This document shows positions 23,375-33,600 of a stretch of 64,000 nt of DNA, one piece after another (the first letter of the stretch is position 1; each line of letters begins with the position of its first letter). The stretch lies in NCBI GenBank assembly GCA_044229975.1, contig JBGARZ010000002.1, forward strand, positions 448,001 through 512,000. The letters run 5' to 3'. The position numbers and the translations under genes were made by a program. The notes below the pieces were generated by a model. That model had not been told where the DNA came from. It made no database searches and worked only from the letters and a program-made list of their open reading frames with translations. This DNA is from Polyangiales bacterium (GTDB lineage Bacteria; Myxococcota_A; Polyangia; Polyangiales; Ga0077539).

Positions 23375-23977
23375 TCAGACCGCGGCGCCGACCTGCTTGA
23401 AGCGGCCGCCGAGGACGTCCCAGTTGAGGCCGCCGAGGATCGACTCGACGTACTTCGCCTTGCCCGTCTGGTAGTCGAAGAAGTAGGCGTGCTCCCAGGC
23501 GTCGAAGGCCGCCATGACGTGCACGTTGGCGAAGAGGCCCACGTGGTGCTCGCCGTTGACGAGGTTGTTGATGAGCTTCTTCGAGTCGTAGTCGTAGCAG
23601 AGCAGGGTCCAGCCGTGCGCGCTCATGAGGCAGGCCTTGGTGTCGGCGATCCACGCGTCGAAGCTGCCGAAGGAGTTGGCGATGAAGTCCTTGGCGCCCG
23701 CGCTCGGCGCGGTGGAGCCGTCGCCCAGGCCCTCGAAGTACATCTCGTGGAGCACGGTGCCGTTGAAGGCGACGGGCTCGCGGCGGCGCAGCTCGGAGTA
23801 CTCGTTGAAGCTGTAGTTGGGGGTGCTGCGGTCGGCCGCGGCGAGCTTCGTGGTGATCTCGTTGAGCTTGGTGACGTAGCCCTTGTAGAGCGTGAAGTGG
23901 GCCTGGAGCTGGGCGTCGGAGAGGCCCTTGGCCTTGCCGCCGAGGAGGTGATCGAAGTTCTTGGGTTCGCGTGCCAT
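23375..23977 (-). CDS. Fe/Mn superoxide dismutase family protein (ChrC-like subgroup)
   Basis: AHFTLYKGYV, NGTVLHEMYF, FGSFDAW, DAWEHAYFFDY; true start at MAREPKNF inside ORF 23375..25240. Confidence 0.9.
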   Translation of the reverse strand: MAREPKNFDHLLGGKAKGLSDAQLQAHFTLYKGYVTKLNEITTKLAAADRSTPNYSFNEYSELRRREPVAFNGTVLHEMYFEGLGDGSTAPSAGAKDFIANSFGSFDAWIADTKACLMSAHGWTLLCYDYDSKKLINNLVNGEHHVGLFANVHVMAAFDAWEHAYFFDYQTGKAKYVESILGGLNWDVLGGRFKQVGAAV

Positions 23978-24124
23978 GGTACTGGGCTCCTGGAAGGGGA
24001 TTGCGTGACGGCCTGCGCCGACGCCGACGCAAGGCCGAACGTGGTTACCGCCGAGGCCCACGTCGCGCAATAGCTGGAGCCGGACCGCCGCGACGTCGAC
24101 GGGGAAAGCCGCGCTTGCGATAGG

Positions 24125-25459
24125 ATGCCAGCCATCGTGCCCGGCCATCGAACCGCCCTCCTCCTCGCCTCCCTCCTCGCGGCGTGCAGCCGCACCCCCT
24201 CGCCGAGCCCATCGCCCGACGCTGCGACCGATGCGCCCGCCAACTCCGACGCGCCCGCCAGCCCCGACGCCGCGACCGACGCTGGAGCGGACGTTGCGCC
24301 GGTGCCCTACGACGCCGGGCCGCCGCCTGCGTGCGAGGGCGAGTCCGTCGTGCGCTCCATCGCGACGTCGACGGAGGGCCACCAGGACGGCGAAGTGTCG
24401 GGGCTGGTCGCGTACCGCGGCGGCTTCTTGAGCTTGTGGCGCGAGAGCGCGCTTCGCACGGGCGCGACCCCCGACGGAGGCGTCGCCGCGCGCGATCAGA
24501 TCACCCTCCTCGCCGTCGACCCCAACGGCGCGGCGCAGCGCCCTCCGACGGTGGTCCGCAACACCGCGGGCAGCCGCGTCGACCTGTCGAGCCCGACGCT
24601 TACGCCCGCCCTCGCCGGGGCGATGGTGCTCTTCCGCGAGAGCGTCGGCTTCCCGGGCGACGCCGACTTCAGCACGCGCGTGGCGTCGGCCGTCATCGAC
24701 GCGAGCGGCGCCCCGGCGGCCCCGACGGTCATCGCGCCCAACTACAGCGACCCCATCGCGACGGGCATCACCGCGGGCATCACCGTCGCCCTCTCGTCGC
24801 GCGTCGTCGAGGTGCTCGACGGCGGCGTGGTGGTGGCCTCGCCCGGCGTGCTCCGCGTGCGCACCGACGGGCCGCTCGTCGCACCGCCCACGGACATCAC
24901 GCTGTTCATCCCGGCCGTCGCCGAAAACGTCGTGCTGCGCCCGGACGGCGAAGGCGCGGCGGCGATCTTCCGGCTGGGCTCCGACGTGCGCGTGGTGCGC
25001 TTCGAGCGCAACGGACTCGTCGACAGCTCCGGCGCGCGGGTCACCCGCAACCTGCTCATTCCGCGCATCGACGACGGCGCCGTGCTCTCCGACGCGGTCG
25101 TCGTGGCGTGGAGCGAGGAGCTCAACGGCGAGGCGTCCATCTCGACGGCCGTGATCGGCCTCGACGGGACGCTCCGCGCGCGCCGGGTGATCGATCACTT
25201 CCCGGGCGAGCCGCCTCCCGTGACGGTGGTTCCGACCCACGGCGGCGCGACGGCGCTGTGGCTGCGCGCCGACGGAACGCTGCGCGGCGCGACGGTGCAG
25301 CCCGACGGGCTGGCGCGCGCGGCCTTCGACGGGCCGCGGGTCGAGGGCGCCGCGGGGCGCATCGTCGCGCTCGGCAACGGGCGTCGCGTGACAGCCGTCG
25401 TGCAGACCGGGCCGCGCGGTCGGCGGGCGGTCGGGTTTACGAGGTTCTGTATCCCGTGA
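24125..25459 (+). CDS. Hypothetical lipoprotein, beta-rich
   Basis: Lipobox LLAAC; PDAATDA low-complexity linker; repeated beta-strand/Trp units. Confidence 0.7.
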   Translation: MPAIVPGHRTALLLASLLAACSRTPSPSPSPDAATDAPANSDAPASPDAATDAGADVAPVPYDAGPPPACEGESVVRSIATSTEGHQDGEVSGLVAYRGGFLSLWRESALRTGATPDGGVAARDQITLLAVDPNGAAQRPPTVVRNTAGSRVDLSSPTLTPALAGAMVLFRESVGFPGDADFSTRVASAVIDASGAPAAPTVIAPNYSDPIATGITAGITVALSSRVVEVLDGGVVVASPGVLRVRTDGPLVAPPTDITLFIPAVAENVVLRPDGEGAAAIFRLGSDVRVVRFERNGLVDSSGARVTRNLLIPRIDDGAVLSDAVVVAWSEELNGEASISTAVIGLDGTLRARRVIDHFPGEPPPVTVVPTHGGATALWLRADGTLRGATVQPDGLARAAFDGPRVEGAAGRIVALGNGRRVTAVVQTGPRGRRAVGFTRFCIP

Positions 25460-25462
25460 GCG

Positions 25463-27268
25463 TCAGCGGGCGGGGCGCCGCTCGATGACGTAGAGCTGCG
25501 TCCCGACGAGGCCCGCGATGACCGCGCCGTCGTCGGTGATGATGAGGTCGCGGAGCTGCGCGGTGCGCCCTTCGAGGCCCTCAACCGCGCGGAGCTTCCA
25601 CCCGGTGGCGCCGCGCACCCAGACGCCGTTGAGGCCGGGTAGCACCGCCCACGCGCCGTTGACGCTGACGGGCCCGCCCGGGCTGAAGCCAGGGCCCAAC
25701 CGCTGCGAGAGCAGGACCGGCGTCGCCTGCGCGGCGCCCACCCACCAGAGCCTCCCCTCGATGGAGACGAGCGCCCGGTCACGAACGGCGCCCATGACCT
25801 GCGTCGACGGAGGACCGAGCGTTCGCATCGCTTCGGGGTTGGTGGCGCAGGCGGCGGAGAGATCGGCCGAGGGGGCGAGCCGAACGGGCCAACGGGTGAG
25901 TCCAGCGGGTGTGGTGGTGACGCTGCTCGCGAGGGGCTCGCAGGGTTGTGCTGGGTCACACAGGAGGACGTTGACGCCGTCACAGCGAGACGCGACGCCG
26001 ACGAGCGCTCCGCCGCCCGCGACGTTGGCGAGCAGGTCGCGCGTCGTGCCCGCGGTGCCCACGACGAAGGCGAGCGACACGAGGTCGACACGCCCGCCCT
26101 GGAGGCCGCGCACCATCACCGCAGGCGGGCGCAGCGGGAGGTCGAAGGCGAGCGAGCCCACGCGGGCCGGGGCCGTGGCGTCGAGGGACATGCCAACGAA
26201 GGGACCGGGGCGCGCGCGCCAGGTGCGCTCGGTCACCACACCGCCTCGCAGCGCGCTCTCCATCTCGGTCCAACGCGACGCGTGTTCGGGGACCGCAGCG
26301 AGCGTACGGGCCGCCTGCTCCGCCGCGGGAAAGTCACCTAGCGCCATCATCGCGGCGAAGCGGATACGCCCTCGATCAACGACTCCGCCGACCGCGCCGC
26401 ACGACACGCCGCGCGCGCCGTCGATGAGCACCCGCGCGGTGCCCTCTTCCGTGCAGAGTGCGCGACGCAACGTCGCGAGGGTCACCTCCGCCTCCAACGC
26501 CGAGGCAACGGGGGCCGGGCGTCGCCCCGATGGCAACGCTGCGGTCAACGACTCGGTGAGCGACTGCGCGGGCTCGACGACGTCGCGTGCGAGCCGACCG
26601 CCGCGGTCGACGAACACGAGCCGCGCCACCGGTCCGCGCGTGGCGTCCGCGCGACGCAACGCGAGGCGGAGCTCGTCGGCGCCGTCCTGGTCGCGGTCTT
26701 CGGCCGTGACGTCGGCGGAGACATCCGCGACGCCTGCAGCCGTGGGCTCGACGACCACGAGGCTGCGGGCCCTCGGAGCATCACCGCGCGAGACCCAGCG
26801 AGCCTCGACGCGTGCACCGCAACGAGCCGTGACCACCACCGAGTTGGGTGACGTCGCCCGCAGCGAGGCCGACACGCAGCCCGCGATCGTGGGCGCCGTC
26901 CCCGCGATCACCTCGCGGCGCAGCGAGCCGCCCTCGACGACCACGCGCAGGGTGTCGAGCGCCTCGCCGGCCGCGCCGACGCGGTAGATCCAGGTCTCGG
27001 CGATACCGTCTCGCACGGGCAACGCGAGCGATGCGACGAAGCGCTCGGTGGCCTCGGCGTTGAGGGTGAGCGTGCCGATGGTGAGCGTTCGCCCTTCGCC
27101 CGGAACCTGCGCCGACGCCACCACCGCAAACGCCGGGACATCCACCGGAGGAACGTCGACCCGCGGCGGCTCGGGCCGTACACCGCTCTCGAAGTCCACG
27201 CGCGGCGGCGAGCGTTGGCACTTCGACGCGAGCAGCGCCGCGAGCAGCCCGACGACCGGGCCCTTCAC
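25463..27268 (-). CDS. Hypothetical exported protein
   Basis: GTG start overlaps the rnr stop (GTGA); hydrophobic N-terminus with Cys; DRDQDGADEL Ca-binding-like motif. Confidence 0.6.
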   Translation of the reverse strand: MKGPVVGLLAALLASKCQRSPPRVDFESGVRPEPPRVDVPPVDVPAFAVVASAQVPGEGRTLTIGTLTLNAEATERFVASLALPVRDGIAETWIYRVGAAGEALDTLRVVVEGGSLRREVIAGTAPTIAGCVSASLRATSPNSVVVTARCGARVEARWVSRGDAPRARSLVVVEPTAAGVADVSADVTAEDRDQDGADELRLALRRADATRGPVARLVFVDRGGRLARDVVEPAQSLTESLTAALPSGRRPAPVASALEAEVTLATLRRALCTEEGTARVLIDGARGVSCGAVGGVVDRGRIRFAAMMALGDFPAAEQAARTLAAVPEHASRWTEMESALRGGVVTERTWRARPGPFVGMSLDATAPARVGSLAFDLPLRPPAVMVRGLQGGRVDLVSLAFVVGTAGTTRDLLANVAGGGALVGVASRCDGVNVLLCDPAQPCEPLASSVTTTPAGLTRWPVRLAPSADLSAACATNPEAMRTLGPPSTQVMGAVRDRALVSIEGRLWWVGAAQATPVLLSQRLGPGFSPGGPVSVNGAWAVLPGLNGVWVRGATGWKLRAVEGLEGRTAQLRDLIITDDGAVIAGLVGTQLYVIERRPAR

Positions 27269-29493
27269 CGCTTGCGCCCGCGCTTCTGCACCGTCGGCCG
27301 CACCGGCTTGCCCTTGCCCTTGCCCTTGCCCTTCTTCTCGGCGGGCGCGCGACGGATGAGCTCCCTCGCCGCGTCGGCCAGCCGCAAGAACACCGTGCGA
27401 CGAGCGAGCGACACGTCCGCGATCTCGACGGCGAGCTGGTCGCCCACCTGGAAGATCATGCCGGTGCGGCTCGATCGTAGCCGCAGCCCGAGCTCGTCGG
27501 GCTCCCACGCGCCACTCGCGACCGACTCCAGCGGGAGCATCCCCGTGAGAAACGGATCATCGAGGTCGAGGTACACGCCCGTGCTGCCGAATCCGACCAC
27601 CGTCGCGACGTGGATCTCTTGCAGGTGCAGGCGCGCGACCTCGCAGCGGTAGAGGTCGAGCACCTCGCGTTCGACGTCGACGGCGCGGCGTTCGAGGCGC
27701 GAGCAGTCGGCCGCGAGGGCGCTGAGGCCGTCGGTGTTGGTGCGCTTCGAGGGGTCGCGCAGCCAGCGGCGCACCTCGCGGTGCACGAGGAGATCGGGGT
27801 ACCGACGGATGGGCGACGTGAAGTGGAGATACGCGGCCGCGGCGAGGCCGTGGTGGCCGGTGTTGTGTTCGCTGTACCGGGCCTGCGGCATCGCGCGCAG
27901 CAGCAGCATGCCCAGCACCCGCGCCTCGGGCGTGCCCTTCAGCGACCGCAAGAACTCCGACAGCCGACGCGGCGTCACCTCCTCCTCGTCGTCGAGCGGC
28001 CGACCCATGGCCCGCGCCGCCGCGAGAAACCTCAAGAACGCATCGCCCTGCGGCCCACCGTGGACGCGGTATACGGCCGCGAGGCCCTCGCGCACGCAGA
28101 CCTCGGCGACCACCTCGTTGGCGAGGAGCATCAGGTCTTCGATGAGCGCATACGCACGCCGCACACCGGGGTCGCGCTTGCTCTGCACGATGTTGACGGG
28201 CGAGACGCCGTCCTCGCCGAAGCGCACGCGCCCCTCCGGGAGGTCGAAGTCCATCGCCCCGCGGCGCATGCGGCGCGCGCGCAGCGTGGAGGAGCACTCG
28301 TCGGCGGTGAGCACCGTCGCTCGCATCGCGTCGGTGAGCGGCGCGGCGGGCACAGCGTCGGTCCACCCGAGGGCGGCGGCGACGCCTCCGTAGGTGAGCC
28401 GCGCGTGGGAGCGCATCACGGCCTCGACGATGCGCGCTTCGGTGACCGTTCCGTCGCGGGTGAGCGTGGCCTCGACGGCGAGCGCGAGGCGGTCTTCGTT
28501 GGGGAGCAGCGACGCGATGCGACCGGAGATCTCCTGCGGCAGCATCGAGATCGCCCGATCGGGCAGGTACACGCTCGTGCCGCGCTCGGCCGCGTGGCGA
28601 TCGAGCGCGGTGCCGAGCGGAACGTAGTGGGAGACGTCGGCGATGGCGACGGTGACGTCCCAGCCGCCGTCGGGCCTCGCGGCGACGTACACCGCATCGT
28701 CGTGGTCGCGCGCGTCATCGGGGTCGATGGTGACTAGCGGTCGATCGCGCAGGTCGACGCGGCCGACGATCTCGTCGGGCGTCACAGCGTCGGGCAACCG
28801 CGCCACCTCATCGAGCACGTCCTGCTCGATGGGCGCCTCGATGCCCTCGCGCACGGTCACCTTGCGCACCTCGGTGGCCAGCGCGCCGGGCTCGCCGAGC
28901 ACCTCGGTCACACGACCCATCGGCACCTCGCCGACCTGCACGGGCCAGCGTTCGATGGTCGCCACCACCGACTCGCCGTCGCGGCCGAGCGCGTCCCCTT
29001 CGATGACGATGGGGCCGCGGATGCGTGCGTCGTCGGGCTCCAGCCACGATCCCTTGGGGCGCGCGCGCAGCACGCCAGGGATGGTGGCCGAGCGTCGCTT
29101 GAGCACCGCGGTGATGGCGCCTTCGCGCCCGCGGTCGCCCGCTCGGGCCACGGCCTCGACGAGGTCGCCGTGCATGGCGCCGAGCACCCCGTTGGGCGCG
29201 ATGAAGACGTCGCCTGCGCCGTCGTTGGCCTCGACAAAGGCGAAGCCTCGCGGGTTCTGGATGAAGCGCCCCTCGACGCGCGCGCCCTGGTCACGCGGCA
29301 GCCGGTAGCGACCGCCCGGCATCGCGACGACGAGGCTGCGCTCGGCGAGCCGGTCGAGCGCTTCGGTGACCGCGCGCCGCGCCGTGGGCGCTTCTTGAAG
29401 CGCCGACAGCACCTCCATCACATGGAGGGGACGCGTCGACTGCGCCTGAAACACCTGAAGCAACCTGTTGTCGTCGAGAGACTTTCGAGCCAT
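27265..29493 (-). CDS. rnr: Ribonuclease R
   Basis: GFAFV cold-shock domain, TIDPDDARDHDDA, VAIADVSHYV, SVYLPDRAISMLP, YLHFTSPIRRYPDL, S1 domain, basic C-terminal tail. Confidence 0.93.
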   Translation of the reverse strand: MARKSLDDNRLLQVFQAQSTRPLHVMEVLSALQEAPTARRAVTEALDRLAERSLVVAMPGGRYRLPRDQGARVEGRFIQNPRGFAFVEANDGAGDVFIAPNGVLGAMHGDLVEAVARAGDRGREGAITAVLKRRSATIPGVLRARPKGSWLEPDDARIRGPIVIEGDALGRDGESVVATIERWPVQVGEVPMGRVTEVLGEPGALATEVRKVTVREGIEAPIEQDVLDEVARLPDAVTPDEIVGRVDLRDRPLVTIDPDDARDHDDAVYVAARPDGGWDVTVAIADVSHYVPLGTALDRHAAERGTSVYLPDRAISMLPQEISGRIASLLPNEDRLALAVEATLTRDGTVTEARIVEAVMRSHARLTYGGVAAALGWTDAVPAAPLTDAMRATVLTADECSSTLRARRMRRGAMDFDLPEGRVRFGEDGVSPVNIVQSKRDPGVRRAYALIEDLMLLANEVVAEVCVREGLAAVYRVHGGPQGDAFLRFLAAARAMGRPLDDEEEVTPRRLSEFLRSLKGTPEARVLGMLLLRAMPQARYSEHNTGHHGLAAAAYLHFTSPIRRYPDLLVHREVRRWLRDPSKRTNTDGLSALAADCSRLERRAVDVEREVLDLYRCEVARLHLQEIHVATVVGFGSTGVYLDLDDPFLTGMLPLESVASGAWEPDELGLRLRSSRTGMIFQVGDQLAVEIADVSLARRTVFLRLADAARELIRRAPAEKKGKGKGKGKPVRPTVQKRGRKR

Positions 29494-29540
29494 CGCGCGC
29501 ACTGTCTACGCGCGGGGGAGCGCCGGTCAAGGCGAGCGGA

Positions 29541-30698
29541 CTAGGGCGTTCCGGCGATGGCGTGCAGCGCGCTGTCGTCGGCGCCGACCACGAGGAGGCC
29601 GTCGGCGATGATCCGCGGCGAGCTGTCGACATCGGCGCCGAGCGTCACGCGCCACGCCTCCGTGTTGTCGGGCGCGATGGCGTGCACCTGGTCGTCCTCG
29701 CTCCCGACGTAGGCCCAGCCGTCGCGGTCGAAGCACGCGCGCGATCGCACCGGGCCGCTCGTCGCGATGCGGAAGACGACCGTTCCGTCGGCGGGTCGGA
29801 GGCCGTAGATGCGACCGTCCTCGGCGCCCACCACGATGACGCCATCAGCTCGTAGCGCGGGCGTCGCCCGAGCGCCGAGACGACGCGCGGCCCCCTCGGT
29901 CGCGAAGCTCCACCGTGCAGCGCCGTCGGCGTTGAAGCAGCGGATGGTTCCGTCGCTCACGCCCACCACGAACGCTCCGTCGTCGAGGCCCAGCGGCCCG
30001 CCGTACAAGAACCCGCCGACCTCGACGCGACGCACGAGGCGACCGTCCGCGGCGTCGACGACCGCGACGCTGCCGCGCATCTCGGGGACGAGCACCTCGG
30101 TGCCCGTGCCGCGGGCGATGGGGCCGAAGACGTGACCCGCGAGCGCGGTGGTCCAACGGAGCTGACCCGCCCGAGAGAACGCGCGCAGGTCACCCGACGC
30201 CACGAGGGTGTCCCCCTCCGCGGTGGCAAACACCGGCGCGTCCATGTCCTGCGGAAGCTCGGCGCGCCAACGCTCCACTCCGCGGCCGTCGATCGCGACC
30301 ACCTCGCGGGCGTCGCTGCCGATGATCGTGAGATCTCCCACGCTCGCGGGCGACGAGAACACCCGCGCCGCGCGTCGGTGGGCCCATCGCACGACGCCCC
30401 CCTGATCGACGGCCTGCACGCTCCCGTCGAGGGAGCCGAACACCGCGTAGCCCTCGCGGGTCAGCGCGGGCGACGAGAACACCCGGCGCCCCGTGCGAAC
30501 CCTCCAACGAACCACCGGGTCACGGTGCGGTCCCCGCAGCGGGGCTCCATCGACGCCCGCGGCGGGCGCGGCGAAGGTCGAGAGGAAGAGAGGGACGCGT
30601 CGGCGCGCGGGCACGTCACGAGCGGGCAGCGGGCGCACGTTGCCCACCCCCGAGAGGCAGAGGGCTGCGACCAACGCTCCGACGCGCCACCGAGCCAT
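29541..30698 (-). CDS. PQQ-like beta-propeller repeat protein
   Basis: Repeated VFSSPA...GSxDG.V.A...G..RW blades; signal-like N-terminus. Confidence 0.85.
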   Translation of the reverse strand: MARWRVGALVAALCLSGVGNVRPLPARDVPARRRVPLFLSTFAAPAAGVDGAPLRGPHRDPVVRWRVRTGRRVFSSPALTREGYAVFGSLDGSVQAVDQGGVVRWAHRRAARVFSSPASVGDLTIIGSDAREVVAIDGRGVERWRAELPQDMDAPVFATAEGDTLVASGDLRAFSRAGQLRWTTALAGHVFGPIARGTGTEVLVPEMRGSVAVVDAADGRLVRRVEVGGFLYGGPLGLDDGAFVVGVSDGTIRCFNADGAARWSFATEGAARRLGARATPALRADGVIVVGAEDGRIYGLRPADGTVVFRIATSGPVRSRACFDRDGWAYVGSEDDQVHAIAPDNTEAWRVTLGADVDSSPRIIADGLLVVGADDSALHAIAGTP

Positions 30699-33600
30699 TC
30701 ACGGGTCTTGGAAGCCGGTGAGCCGACGCGCTTCGAGGAAGCGCTCGCTCAACGAGACGCGCACGAGACGCGCAGCCGCGGGCACCTCGTCGATGACCCG
30801 CGCCGGGAGCACCCCGGGGGGGGCGAGCGCGGCGACGGCCGCCGGGAGGTCGCCAGTCGCGAGGAGGGCGATGCGGTCGCCGAACTCCAACGCGGCGCCG
30901 TGGATCACCGCCGGGTCGAAGGGGCGGCGCAGCACCGCGCGCGCGGCGGGCATGAGCTCGGCGTGCAGCTCGCGGGGCATCGCGCGGGTGATGGCGCGGG
31001 AGAGCGTGTCGAGCTTCGTCGGGTCGACGCCCTCGGCCTTGAACATCGGCTCGAACTGCCGCAGCAGCGCCGTCATCACCAGCTTGAACTCCGCGAGGTC
31101 CATCCGCAGCGGCAGCGAGAGGCCCTGGGTGATGAGCAGCGCGGCCCGCGCCACGGCGAAGCGCGTGACGATGGAAGCGGGCGCCGAGAAGGCCACGAGC
31201 ACGCGCGCGGGCGAGCGACCGACCGGGAGCGCGATGGCCGGGAGCTGTGTCGTCAGGAAGATCTCGACGTCGCCGAGGTCGAGCATGCGGGCCCACCGTT
31301 CGATCTCGGCGCGGAGACCGTGCGGACGCGCGCCGAGCGGATCGGCCTGCGAGACGGCCGGGTCAAAGGCCGCCAACGGGTCGAGCACCGTGGAGGTCTT
31401 GACCAGGAGCTCCCGAAGGTCGGAAGGGAGCGCGGGGGGCGCGAGCAGGTCGAGCGCGGCGGGCAGCAGGCTCTCGATGCCAGCACCCGCGACGACACCG
31501 TCGGGCGCGAGCGCACGCAGCGCGTCGTTGGCCACCCCGAGGGTGACGGCGGTGGCGGCGACCACGCGCTCACCGTCGCTCGATCCGCTCAGGCGCAGCC
31601 AGGTCGCGAGTCGTTGGAGCGCCTCCACGTCGCGCACGTTGCGGTCGACGCCCGCGCGAACGTCGTCGGCGCACGCCTTCAGCGCCTCTTCCGCGAGGGC
31701 GGAGTCCGCGAGCGGACCGCGGGCCATGGTCGCCAGTCGAAGGCCGTGACCGACGCGCTCGACGGGCGTGCGACCGCGGCGCAGCAGCACCTTGCGAGCC
31801 TCGACCTCGCGGGTGGGTTCGCCCACGCGTTCGTAGTAGCGGGCCAGGCGCTCCCACGGGCGCGGGTCGCTCGCGGCGGCCTGGGCAACGCGACGCCACG
31901 CGGCCTCGGCGCGCTTGGGGTCACCGAGCTTGCTGTCGAACAGGTCACCGAGCTGGATGAGCAGCTCGAGGTTCTCGGCGCCGTCGCCGCTCGACTTGGC
32001 GAGGCGGATGCGGGCGTCCACGGCGGCCGACCAGTCCTCCGCCGCGTCGCTCAGGCGAACGAGCGCGCGCAGCGCGGCGACGTGGTCGGGGTCGAGGGCG
32101 TTGACCGCGCGGAGGAAGGTTCGGGCGCGGTCGATGTCGCCCGCCTGCTCGGCCACGAGCGCCCCGCGAACGTAGATCGTCACCGCATCGGCAGGCGGCA
32201 GCGCGTCGGCGCGGGCGGAGAGGAAGCCCGCGATGAGCTCCAGCTCCAGCTCGGGCTGCGGCGCCGTCGCGAGGAGACCGGAGGCCACGCCGAAGGCTGC
32301 CTCGTGCCCGGGGTCGCGACGCAGTGCTTCGACGGCGACAGCGAGCGCGCGCTGGGGGTTCTTCGCGACGTCACGCCAGAGGGTCGCGGCGTTGGCGAGC
32401 GCGTCCGCGGCGAGGCCCACGTTGTGGAGGCTGAGCGCGGCGGCCTCGGTGAAGGCGACCGACGACTGCGCCTCGCCACGGGCGCTCGCGATGCGCGCTG
32501 CCCCCAGGAGCGTGGCCACGTTGGGGGCCGCCTCGGTCGCGGACGCGTAGGCGTCGGCCGCGCGGGTGAGCTCGCCCGTGGCCTCAGCCGCGAGGGCCAC
32601 GCGAAGCCAGTGGGCCGATCGCTCGGCCGGGTCGGGCGCGTTGGCCGCGAGGGCGCGCGCCACACGCTCGACCGTCGGCCAGGTGCGCTCGGTGCGGACG
32701 TCGGTGTCGAGCGCCAGCAACAGGCGACGGTCGTGCAGCCCGCGGTCGAAGGTCTCCCAGCGCAACAGACCCGCCGCGGCGCGGGCGTCGTCCCCTGCCC
32801 GATCGGCCACCCGACCCGCCGCGTGTACCAGTGGCAGCGCGTCGGAGCCGTCGCGAACGCCGCTCGCAATCTGACGCAACACGAGGAAGAGCTCGTCCCA
32901 GCGCTCACGCTCGGCGTAGTGGCGCTCCAGCGCGCGCAGCCCCTCGGCGTGGGTGGGGTCGACCTCCAAGATCGCCGCGTACGACAGCACCGCCGACGCG
33001 AGGTCGCCGCGCTCGAAGAGGTCGATGCGCGCGAGGCGCTCGAAGACCTCCACCTGCTCGCGCGGTTCGCTCACCGTCTTGAGCTGCTCGAAGGCCCGCT
33101 CGGACACCTCGACGTCGCGACCCGACGCCAGCAGGAGCGCCTGCTCGGCCGCCGCCAGCAGCGGGTCGGCCGGCGCGAGGGCGCGCGTTCGTGCGAGCAC
33201 CTGGAGGGCGTCGCTGCGTCGATCGGAGAACTCCAGCATCTCCGCCGCGAGCTCACCCAGCGCGACGGCCAGCGGGCCCGCGTCGCGCGTCTCGGCCGCG
33301 CGCTCGAACAGCGAACGCACCACCGTCGAGGCGTGCGACCCCTCGTGGCCCGGCGTTCGGAGCACCAGCGTAGCCAGGCACGCGTCACCGCGCGCTACGG
33401 ACCAACGGTCCCAGAGGCTCTGCGCCGCGAGCTCGGGGTCGAGGTCGGACCGGCGAAGCGCGCTGCGGATGGCCGCCGACTGCACGATGGCGGGGTCGCC
33501 CTGCGCCTCGGCGAGCACCGCCGCCACCTCACCCATGGAGGCGAGGCCCCGCAAGCCAAGCTGCGCGGCGAGCTCGGCCACCACGATGTCGCCCGGCAGG

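Noticed and set aside
27308..27333. (TTGCCC)n hexamer repeat
   Set aside because: It encodes the KG-repeat basic tail of RNase R; copy-number change would stay in frame.
30836..30843. G8 homopolymer as a phase-variation tract
   Set aside because: Short, encodes Ala-Pro-Pro in an intact frame, and is unremarkable at this GC content.
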